In this document: one piece after another, positions 1 to 6,713 of the stretch
Numbering within the stretch: position 1 is the stretch's first letter
Layout: every line of letters begins with the position of its first letter
From: Armatimonadota bacterium
GTDB taxonomy: Bacteria; Armatimonadota; Armatimonadia; Armatimonadales; Armatimonadaceae
Reading direction: 5' to 3'
DNA length: 11,135 nucleotides
Assembly: GCA_043754515.1 (NCBI GenBank)
Contig: JAYUUO010000172.1
Span: 1-11,135 of the forward strand
Translations under genes and position numbers: made by a program
Notes under the pieces: generated by a model
Told to the model about the DNA's origin: nothing
Databases searched by the model: none
What the model saw: only the letters and a program-made list of their open reading frames with translations

Positions 1-55
1 CGAAGTATTCCCGCTCAAGATCGCGTTCCGCCTGTTGCAGTGGGGTTATTTTCAT
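1..55 (-). CDS. 5' part of hypothetical protein (runs off window)
   Basis: ATG at 55-53 overlaps the TGA of the preceding gene (ATGA coupling); reads MKITPLQQAERDLEREYF, open to window edge. Confidence 0.55.
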   Translation of the reverse strand, partial: MKITPLQQAERDLEREYF

Positions 56-291
56 ATCCCAACACCTTTCAGCCCGAGGTTGTAGCCTATGAGGAACACT
101 ACGCCGAGCGCGGCAATCAGGAGCAGCACCATGACCACCCGGTTCATATCTCGCCCCATGCGTGCTTGGTCGCGGCACTCGTAGCAAACAGCGGTCACGC
201 GGATTTCAGCGAGGCCCGTTTCGCACTCAGAGCAACAGGTGTTGAACCCGTCGCGGGTAAGCGGGCCGATTTGGTGAAAAGTCGTGTTCAT
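52..291 (-). CDS. small Cys-rich protein with C-terminal transmembrane helix
   Basis: ATGA overlap at 288-291 with upstream gene; CSEC...CYEC pairs; hydrophobic VVMVLLLIAALGVVFLIGY. Confidence 0.65.
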   Translation of the reverse strand: MNTTFHQIGPLTRDGFNTCCSECETGLAEIRVTAVCYECRDQARMGRDMNRVVMVLLLIAALGVVFLIGYNLGLKGVGI

Positions 292-581
292 GGTACGTCG
301 TACCAGTTGCAAACAGGCATGCATCCCGCCGTATCAGGCATGAGCGCGTTCCAACACTCGTATCGGAGCAGGTAGCCGCGCAGTTCGCCGCAGTTGTACA
401 TATTCGCGACCACCGGCCCACCGCATTTCGGGCAGGTGCCACGCAATCGGTGGTGTTCTTCTGATGGGATGCGCTCCCCAGCGCGGGACGGGATGATGCC
501 AAAGCAAAGAGCGTTGCCGGGTCTGTCTATGACTCGTCGCGCTACGTCGGGTAGCACGGGTAATCGGAATCTGTTTAACAT
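288..581 (-). CDS. hypothetical zinc-ribbon protein
   Basis: GGAGA SD about 10 nt upstream; CPKCG...ECW...C motifs; first gene after the leftward promoter. Confidence 0.65.
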   Translation of the reverse strand: MLNRFRLPVLPDVARRVIDRPGNALCFGIIPSRAGERIPSEEHHRLRGTCPKCGGPVVANMYNCGELRGYLLRYECWNALMPDTAGCMPVCNWYDVP

Positions 582-626
582 GGGTTCTAGTCTCCGTTGA
601 TGCGGCTATCTCGACCGCACAAAAAC

Positions 627-655
627 AGTGTACCCCGATACTTGCCTTTAGTCAA
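627..655 (-). promoter_or_regulatory. sigma70-like leftward promoter
   Basis: minus strand TTGACT (655-650), 17 nt spacer, TACACT (632-627). Confidence 0.65.
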
Positions 656-670
656 TAACTAAGGTATACT
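642..670 (+). promoter_or_regulatory. sigma70-like rightward promoter overlapping a putative operator
   Basis: TTGCCT (642-647), 17 nt spacer, TATACT (665-670); TTGCCTTTAGTCAATA (642-657) is identical to 5214-5229. Confidence 0.7.
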
Positions 671-696
671 ATTTTTGTACGAGGGGGAATACAACG

Positions 697-1359
697 ATGA
701 TGACTACCGACCCGCCGCGAATTAGACGGCCCAGAGAAACCGCCCGAAGCGGTTTTTCCGCATACACGATACTGGAGCAAGAGGCGCGAGCCGCGAAAGC
801 CGCCGCGACATCGAAGGCGCGTGGGGCGACCCTCTGGTTCGACGGCTACACGATGACGCCGACCAACCGGTGGGCAATCTACATCGTGACCACACCGGAG
901 CGAATTGATAAGCACACGGGGGAGTTCTACGTCACGGACTACACAGTGGACGTGATGGGGCAAACGTGTAACTGCGATGACTTCATGCATCACGGCTTTA
1001 ACCGAGTGTGCAAGCACCTTACCGGGGCGGATAACGCTGTCGTCGCCGCGCACGCGGCGGTTGAGGCGGCGCGTGTGTTGTTGACGCCGCGCGAGGATGC
1101 CCAGCCGGTCACGCCGCGCCCGATGCCGAAGATGCCGCTTCCCTACGAGGATCGCGGCGCGACTCGGCGAAACTCTGACAAGTGCCGCACTTGCAGAAAC
1201 GCCGCGGTTCCTGATGCTCTGACAAACGCCGCGGTTCCTGATGCTCGGCGAACAGCGGCTGTTCCCGATGCCAGGTGGAACCCCAACATGTTGCCGGAGG
1301 CTACGCTCTCCGCTATGAGCCGCGCGGGAGTATTGAACCGCGCCGCCGACTTCGATTGA
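697..1359 (+). CDS. SWIM zinc-finger protein with repeat-derived C-terminal tail
   Basis: YTVD...TCNCDDF...CKHL fits SWIM CxC-xn-CxH; GAGGGGG SD. Confidence 0.8.
   Translation: MMTTDPPRIRRPRETARSGFSAYTILEQEARAAKAAATSKARGATLWFDGYTMTPTNRWAIYIVTTPERIDKHTGEFYVTDYTVDVMGQTCNCDDFMHHGFNRVCKHLTGADNAVVAAHAAVEAARVLLTPREDAQPVTPRPMPKMPLPYEDRGATRRNSDKCRTCRNAAVPDALTNAAVPDARRTAAVPDARWNPNMLPEATLSAMSRAGVLNRAADFD
1163..1271. repeat. palindrome cluster 1 (4 cores AA-NN-GCSGC-NN-TT)
   Basis: cores at 1180, 1197, 1224, 1251 (27-bp period for the last three); encodes NAAVPDA repeats. Confidence 0.9.
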
Positions 1360-1366
1360 ATCAGAG

Positions 1367-1384
1367 CAACCGCCGAGGCGGTTG
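1367..1384 (+). terminator. intergenic hairpin (weak terminator or attenuator)
   Basis: CAACCGC-CGAG-GCGGTTG followed by TCTT. Confidence 0.4.
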
Positions 1385-1403
1385 TCTTGAAAGGAACAAA
1401 ACG

Positions 1404-1820
1404 ATGAATGAAAACCAACAGACCGGGTATGCGCAACTAACAGAGGATATGCACACCTCCTATGCCGCCATGATGGAGATTACGACGCGTGCGTGTGAGC
1501 AGATGGAGGCGGTAATAGGTCGCCGCCGCGAACTAATCGAGGCACGAGATGCAGTCCTCCTGACGTACCAGAACGATCAGAAGTCCATGGGGGCGAACGA
1601 GGCGACACGTGACGCGTTTCTGCGCCGTGAAACAGCGACCGAGCGGGAGAGGCTGGAGGCAGAGGAGGCAATTCTGCGTCAGTCGGAAAACACGCTGAAA
1701 CTAGCGTCCCTTACCGTCGAACGCTTGCGGGTTGGCTTGCGCATCCTCGAAGCATCCACAAGCAAAGGCCACCTTGATTTCGCGGTAGCCAGCGCGGGTA
1801 GGAGGGGCGGAAATGAGTAG
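1404..1820 (+). CDS. hypothetical coiled-coil protein
   Basis: AAGGA SD before ATG 1404; helical E/R/A-rich sequence. Confidence 0.75.
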   Translation: MNENQQTGYAQLTEDMHTSYAAMMEITTRACEQMEAVIGRRRELIEARDAVLLTYQNDQKSMGANEATRDAFLRRETATERERLEAEEAILRQSENTLKLASLTVERLRVGLRILEASTSKGHLDFAVASAGRRGGNE

Positions 1821-2118
1821 AACCAACCGCATACGCAGGGCACTGCGCCTGTACCGTGCCACGCGCCGCGCCGCGCTGGTCGCACTGGTGCCTGTACTGC
1901 TTTTCGGCGACGGAGCGACCACCCCCACGCTAATTGCGCTATCGTCCCTGTTCCTGCTTGCCGCGTGCCTCCACGCGGCGGCGGGGGCATGGCTTGCAGA
2001 AGCGCGGTCGGCGACATGGGGAGAGCCTACAGAGGCATCGTCACAGTACGCCGGTTGCCTAAGAATCCGCGCGGTAAGGTCTGACAACCGTTTTCCGTTT
2101 TCGCAGTCGGTCAATTAG
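1813..2118 (+). CDS. hypothetical membrane protein (two hydrophobic segments)
   Basis: AGGAGG SD; overlaps previous stop; AALVALVPVLLF and LIALSSLFLLAACL segments. Confidence 0.65.
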   Translation: MSRTNRIRRALRLYRATRRAALVALVPVLLFGDGATTPTLIALSSLFLLAACLHAAAGAWLAEARSATWGEPTEASSQYAGCLRIRAVRSDNRFPFSQSVN

Positions 2119-2142
2119 TACCAAGAGAGGGGTCAGTATACA

Positions 2143-2355
2143 ATGAAAATTAACCAGGTTACGGTTTGCTACGAGGAAAAGCGTAGCATCAACTATCAAA
2201 CGGTAGGGTTCAGTGCGTCGGTGACCGCGACGCTCGAAGATGGCGAGACAGTTAGCGGGGCTATCGCCAAACTCAAGGCGGGGCTGGTCAAGGTGGTCAC
2301 CGAGACGACAAGGGAGGAAGTCAACCGGCTGGCGGAAGAGACGCCGCGCCGCTAA
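2143..2355 (+). CDS. small hypothetical phage protein
   Basis: GAGGGG SD; 70 aa, beta-beta-helix-like pattern. Confidence 0.75.
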   Translation: MKINQVTVCYEEKRSINYQTVGFSASVTATLEDGETVSGAIAKLKAGLVKVVTETTREEVNRLAEETPRR

Positions 2356-2392
2356 ATGACGCGCCTGTATTGTTAGCCCTCCTGGATGATCC

Positions 2393-2416
2393 GGGGGGGC
2401 TTTGTCATTCCCCCCC
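2393..2416. terminator. hairpin between convergent genes, possible terminator
   Basis: G7-CTTTGTCATT-C7, followed by TCGCTATTTT. Confidence 0.45.
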
Positions 2417-2431
2417 TCGCTATTTTGACGG

Positions 2432-4156
2432 CTACGGGGGCCACGTCGCGAGGCATAGACGTAACAGGGGTACAGCGGTAGGCACGGCAGTTAAACTGGT
2501 GCGCACAGAAGCCGCATCGGTGGGCGCAGGGCGCGTGGTAATTGACGTCGGGTAGGGCTTGCCGGTCGGGGGGGCGGGGAAACGGAAGTAGACCCGCGCG
2601 GTCGCCTCCCTCTCCGTCCTCCCTGACGCGAACACGCGCCCCGTCTCCCGCGTAGTAACTTCGACGCGGGAGACCAGTAGTTCGATCAGTTCCCGCTTCG
2701 CGCCGCGCGTCATCGCGCTGATTCTACCGAGGTACTGCCCTGCTATGTCGCGCACGGCCCGCCCCGCATCCACCGCAACCGCCTCACCCTCGCGCTCCAG
2801 TTCGGCGGCGGCATCAAGCCGCGCGATCTCCGAGTCGAGTACCGTCGTTTCCGCCGCGATGTCGGCGAACTGCGCGGCGCGGTCACGCTCCCCGATTAAC
2901 CCTTGCCGGAAAATTTTGAGTACCGCCTGACGCTCGGCCTCCTTGCGCTCGCGGGCGGCGACTAGTCGGGCGCGTTCCGTACCCCGCTCATTACCGGTTG
3001 CGCCGTTCATGGGCGGCGCGACAGCCCTTGTCGCCTTTTCTATCGTCTCCGGCGCGGCGAGCCATACGAGAACTTCACCCCACACGAAATCTTCTATATC
3101 CCCGCTGACCGCTTTCGGGTTGCCGGGGCACGGGCTGCCGCTCGCCTGGCGGTGGCACCGATACGACGTACCACCGCCGGTGTTGTCAGATAGTTTCCCC
3201 TCCGAGCCTTTGCAGACGTAGCCGGTGTAAGTGCCGCCGCAATGGAAACATGTAATCAGTCCGCGTAGCAGGTAGTCCCGCGCCGATTCAGGGCGGGAGA
3301 ATCGCCGGTTAGCGACGAGCCGATCCGCCGCGCGTTGCCACGTATCGGCGTCCACGAGGGCGGCGCACGGCGTTTCGATGCCCCGGAGGTTTGATCGTGC
3401 GTTGCCCGCGCCGCGCTCCTGGACGCCCCTGTACACAACGCGCCGAATGAGGCGGACGATATGCTCATTCGCCCACACAGAGCCGCGCCCGGTGCTGGTA
3501 GGCAGTCCTATCGCTGTAAGGTGCCGAGCAACGCCGGTAGCGGTTTGCACGCCGCCCGCGACCTGCGCGTATATCCATCGCACAATATGCGCGCGGGTCA
3601 TGCCGCCGAACGTCGGTTCGGGCGTCTCGTCGGGGGCGAGCCTCGCCTCCGCGCCGCGCCCCTCCACTACGTAGCCGTAAGGCGGTACCACGCCGCCGAG
3701 CCACCCGCCCGCCGTAGCCTTTTTGCGCCGCCCTTCGTCCGCCCGTTCGCGGATAGCGTTGCGCTCGAATCCTGCGAACGACGCCAGTATGTCAAGCATG
3801 AGCCGCCCGCTCGCCGTGTTCGTGTCGAACGCCTCTGTCATGGACACGAGCCGTACTCCGCGCCCCTCCAGCGTTTTAACTGCGTTCAGAGCGACGCCGG
3901 TATCACGGGCTAGCCGGTCAAGCCGGAAGAGGGCTACCTGCTCGAACTGCCCGCCCCCAGCGCCGGCGAGGAGCCTAGCGCCGGCGGGTCGGTCGTGGAC
4001 GGGCACGACGCCGGAAACGCCTTCATCTATGTATTCGCCCGCGCTGGTATGCCCGTGCAGCTCGCACCACCGACGAAAGAAATCAACTTGAACGCCGACA
4101 GTTCCGCGTTCGGCCTGGTCGTCAGTGCTGACGCGGGCGTAGAGCGCGACGTTCAT
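2432..4156 (-). CDS. large serine recombinase (integrase)
   Basis: N-terminal YARVST catalytic Ser, DEGVSG, RLDRLAR, FERNAIRER; recombinase domain; Zn ribbon LLRGLITCFHCG...YRC...C; coiled coil. Confidence 0.95.
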   Translation of the reverse strand: MNVALYARVSTDDQAERGTVGVQVDFFRRWCELHGHTSAGEYIDEGVSGVVPVHDRPAGARLLAGAGGGQFEQVALFRLDRLARDTGVALNAVKTLEGRGVRLVSMTEAFDTNTASGRLMLDILASFAGFERNAIRERADEGRRKKATAGGWLGGVVPPYGYVVEGRGAEARLAPDETPEPTFGGMTRAHIVRWIYAQVAGGVQTATGVARHLTAIGLPTSTGRGSVWANEHIVRLIRRVVYRGVQERGAGNARSNLRGIETPCAALVDADTWQRAADRLVANRRFSRPESARDYLLRGLITCFHCGGTYTGYVCKGSEGKLSDNTGGGTSYRCHRQASGSPCPGNPKAVSGDIEDFVWGEVLVWLAAPETIEKATRAVAPPMNGATGNERGTERARLVAARERKEAERQAVLKIFRQGLIGERDRAAQFADIAAETTVLDSEIARLDAAAELEREGEAVAVDAGRAVRDIAGQYLGRISAMTRGAKRELIELLVSRVEVTTRETGRVFASGRTEREATARVYFRFPAPPTGKPYPTSITTRPAPTDAASVRTSLTAVPTAVPLLRLCLATWPP

Positions 4157-4289
4157 TGTTTTATTTTCGTGCTACACGCGTTCAATGGTGATTCATTCAT
4201 TCGTTATCTTCATTACCGGCACGGTTCTTGCAAGCATACTGATACGCGTCCGCCGATAACAAATTGTTTTAGTTAGGTAGGTGGGCTAG

Positions 4290-4318
4290 GTTATACTGAA
4301 TTGGCGAATATCTGACAA
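4290..4318 (-). promoter_or_regulatory. putative integrase promoter
   Basis: minus strand TTGTCA (4318-4313), 17 nt spacer, TATAAC (4295-4290). Confidence 0.5.
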
Positions 4319-4333
4319 GCGCGGCGTTTGTCA
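4311..4333. repeat. palindrome cluster 2 (single intergenic core)
   Basis: TCTGACAA-GCGCGGCGT-TTGTCA. Confidence 0.85.
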
Positions 4334-4500
4334 TGTGTTCGTCGCATCGCTTTATGAAAACCGTATTGTTACCTGTTTTTTGCCCGTTCGACTGCCCCGC
4401 TATGGCGGTATGTAACCGCGAAATCGGGTGTAACTCTCCCGCGATACTGCCGCTCCCTCCAAGTGATCCGCGCGTGGGTATTGCAGTGTGGGATGCTGGT

Positions 4501-5166
4501 CTACGCCGGGTTGTCCTTCACGTTCGCGCTGGACGCGCTAGGCGAGATGCCGGGGTCATCTGTGCCGCGATCCGCCGCCGGGCGCGTCACGCGGCGCGGG
4601 TGCCGCCTGGCGATGGGGTTATCTAACTGGTCACGCGCGTCGGCAATGATTATCTGCCCTGGTGCGAGAATACCCCCGTCCCGTGATCTGTCTGATTCGG
4701 ATTCGAGAAGGGCGTGGGCTACGCCGAGTGTCGCGGCTCTGGACGGTTCGCGCATCCCCTCGAATAGGTCAAGCAGTTGCAGGCTCATGCCCGATATTAC
4801 CCGCTCCTCGCCGTCGCGAGTGCTGACTGGTTGCGACGCGGGGGTGTAACCGCACGCCTTGAGTACGCCTTCTACGTCGCCAAATACCTGCCCGATTGCA
4901 AGCGCGAGTTCGTACCCCGGTCGCTGGTTGGTGGCATATACGGCAGGGTTGCCGCGCACCAATTTGTATATATACGTTTCCTTCACGTCAACGCCGCGTT
5001 CGCGTAACTCTTCGCGTAAGTCCTGGTATGTGGCGGGCCATTTGCCATCAGCCGCTCGCGCGTCGAGTAGCGGTTTGATCCACTTCTGAAAGTCTGTCCG
5101 CGCCGTCCACCCACGCCGCCGCTTATCATCGGTTACTGGTGCTACGAGTTTCTCACGAGTTATCAT
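4501..5166 (-). CDS. XRE-family HTH repressor (CI-like)
   Basis: TYQDLREEL...VKETYIYKLVRG...RPGYELALAIGQVF...LKACGY pattern; divergent from the Cro-like gene and upstream of the integrase. Confidence 0.75.
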   Translation of the reverse strand: MITREKLVAPVTDDKRRRGWTARTDFQKWIKPLLDARAADGKWPATYQDLREELRERGVDVKETYIYKLVRGNPAVYATNQRPGYELALAIGQVFGDVEGVLKACGYTPASQPVSTRDGEERVISGMSLQLLDLFEGMREPSRAATLGVAHALLESESDRSRDGGILAPGQIIIADARDQLDNPIARRHPRRVTRPAADRGTDDPGISPSASSANVKDNPA

Positions 5167-5211
5167 ATTCGCCCCGTTTCGTTCCCCCCCTATTGTTTAT
5201 TCGCGGGGGGG

Positions 5212-5229
5212 TATTGCCTTTAGTCAATA
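5212..5229. promoter_or_regulatory. putative repressor operator
   Basis: imperfect palindrome TATTG-CCTTTAGT-CAATA; copy at 642-657; variant ATTGACTAAGGGTATA at 5282-5297. Confidence 0.6.
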
Positions 5230-5282
5230 GTGCGCCTAACAAAGTTGCACAAAAGCAGTGTGAATAATATCTCTTCAAGTCA

Positions 5283-5311
5283 TTGACTAAGGGTATACAA
5301 TTTGGTACAAT
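5283..5311 (+). promoter_or_regulatory. strong early promoter (PR-like)
   Basis: TTGACT, 17 nt spacer, TACAAT with extended TG at 5303-5304. Confidence 0.8.
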
Positions 5312-5317
5312 CTATCT

Positions 5318-5551
5318 ATGCCCAAACGTGCCCTATTATCCGACGCCGCGATTGCCGCTTTGCGCGACAAGCAAAGCAATATTGAGGACGGCAAGTATAT
5401 TACACAGGTGGCTATCGCGGCGGAACTTCATATCACTGCGAGTATGCTATGCCGGATGCTATCGCGCACGCGCGGTATCGGTGTTGGTCTCGCGTCGCGC
5501 CTGTCTCAATACTGCGCCCTGCCTGTATCGGATGTTTTTTTATCCGATTAG
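5318..5551 (+). CDS. Cro-like XRE HTH protein
   Basis: ITQVAIAAELHITASMLCRMLSRTR helix-turn-helix; 77 aa; position opposite the CI-like gene. Confidence 0.85.
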   Translation: MPKRALLSDAAIAALRDKQSNIEDGKYITQVAIAAELHITASMLCRMLSRTRGIGVGLASRLSQYCALPVSDVFLSD

Positions 5552-5572
5552 ATGCCTTGAGTTAATACCCGC

Positions 5573-5839
5573 ATGAAACCATCTAAACCCACCCTACCCT
5601 ACGTGGCAGTGTACACGTCCGAGAGCGACCAAACGGACGATGACCGCCGGATGACTGCCCGCGCCCTCGTGATCCTCGGCGAACAGCGGCTGTTCCCGAT
5701 CACCGGCGAATCGCGGCGATTCTCTGACAAACGCGGCGTTTACAGATTCCCGATCCTCGGCGAATCTCTGACAAGTGCCGCACTTGCAGAACAGCGGCGA
5801 TTCCCGATTCTTCGGGATGGAGGCGAACATGGCCGATGA
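5573..5839 (+). CDS. hypothetical protein, largely repeat-derived
   Basis: fills the gap between the Cro-like gene and the next gene and overlaps the next start; over half is palindrome cluster 3. Confidence 0.5.
   Translation: MKPSKPTLPYVAVYTSESDQTDDDRRMTARALVILGEQRLFPITGESRRFSDKRGVYRFPILGESLTSAALAEQRRFPILRDGGEHGR
5671..5816. repeat. palindrome cluster 3 (5 cores)
   Basis: cores at 5682, 5709, 5729, 5773, 5790 with linkers CCCGATCACCGGCG, CTCTGAC, GCAG. Confidence 0.9.
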
Positions 5840-6713
5840 CGCTTCGGTATATCCCGCGTTGGATGGGGAAGGCGGCGAACACGCTACTGACTCGTTCGAG
5901 TCTCGATTTGTGGATTTATCGCCCTCTGACGCGGTGGATTACGCCCGCGCAAAGTTGAGCATTCGCGCCAACCTTGCCGGGGCGTTACTCGTCGGCGATG
6001 CGCTACTACGCATTCGAGATAACAAGTGGTACCGCGCCGACGGGTACGCAACCTTTGAATCGTTCTGTCGCGCGGAGTATGACATGAGCCGCGCCCGCGC
6101 CTACGAACTACTCAAAGCGGCAGAGGTCATAGACAATTTGTCTGCAATTGCAGACTTTTCGGCTGATGACGGCCCTTTCATTCCCATGAACGAGGCGCAG
6201 ATACGGCCTCTAACGCGCCTTGATGCGTGCGACCAGCCGGTGGCACTAGTGGCGGCGGCAAGGGCGGCAGAGGTCGAGGGCGTTCGCCTTGTAAGCCGTC
6301 ATGTGGAGGCGGCAGTACGCGAGATAGAGGCTGCCAAACACCCCGCCCCATTCATTCCCCCGATGCTCGGAGAATCTGCAAACGCCGCGTTTGTCAGAGA
6401 ACAGCCGCTGTTCCCGATGTTCGGAGAATCTGCAAACGCCGCGTTTGTCAGAGAACCAGTATTCGTATGGCGCGAGATATATCTGCTCGTGCTCCATTAC
6501 CGTGATGGCAACGGCGAGCGGACGCTACGCGCCGAGATTGAGACGGTACATGCAGGTAACGCTCTCCGCTACACGGCCTCCATCGGTGGGGAGCACCAGT
6601 CAACGCACATAACCCGCGCCGAAGCGGTTAGGTGGGTAGAGGAGCGATTCCGCGCCTCCGCTGGTCTCCTGCCGACCACCACGACCACCCCGCTAGGAGG
6701 TGTCAAACCGTGA
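5829..6713 (+). CDS. DUF3102-like phage HTH DNA-binding protein
   Basis: GGAGG SD, ATG 5829; VGDALLRIRDNKWYRADGYATFESFCRAEYDMSRARAYELLKAA...NEAQIRPL signature. Confidence 0.75.
   Translation: MADDASVYPALDGEGGEHATDSFESRFVDLSPSDAVDYARAKLSIRANLAGALLVGDALLRIRDNKWYRADGYATFESFCRAEYDMSRARAYELLKAAEVIDNLSAIADFSADDGPFIPMNEAQIRPLTRLDACDQPVALVAAARAAEVEGVRLVSRHVEAAVREIEAAKHPAPFIPPMLGESANAAFVREQPLFPMFGESANAAFVREPVFVWREIYLLVLHYRDGNGERTLRAEIETVHAGNALRYTASIGGEHQSTHITRAEAVRWVEERFRASAGLLPTTTTTPLGGVKP
6359..6456. repeat. palindrome cluster 4 (54-bp tandem, 3 cores)
   Basis: cores at 6380, 6400, 6434; PM(L/F)GESANAAFVRE twice. Confidence 0.9.

Noticed and set aside
1250..1264. LexA SOS box (GAAC...GTTC)
   Set aside because: Spacing is N7, not the N4 of the Gram-positive box, and sibling cores lack GAAC/GTTC
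2745..4091. Several plus-strand ORFs antisense to the integrase
   Set aside because: Shadow ORFs typical of high-GC DNA, with no motifs or SD
5671..5816. CRISPR or mini-array reading of the palindrome clusters
   Set aside because: No constant repeat with unique spacers; the linkers are themselves repeated and vary in length; no cas genes in the window
5775..5828. GTG start at 5775 for the DUF3102-like gene
   Set aside because: Lies inside a repeat core; ATG 5829 has a GGAGG SD
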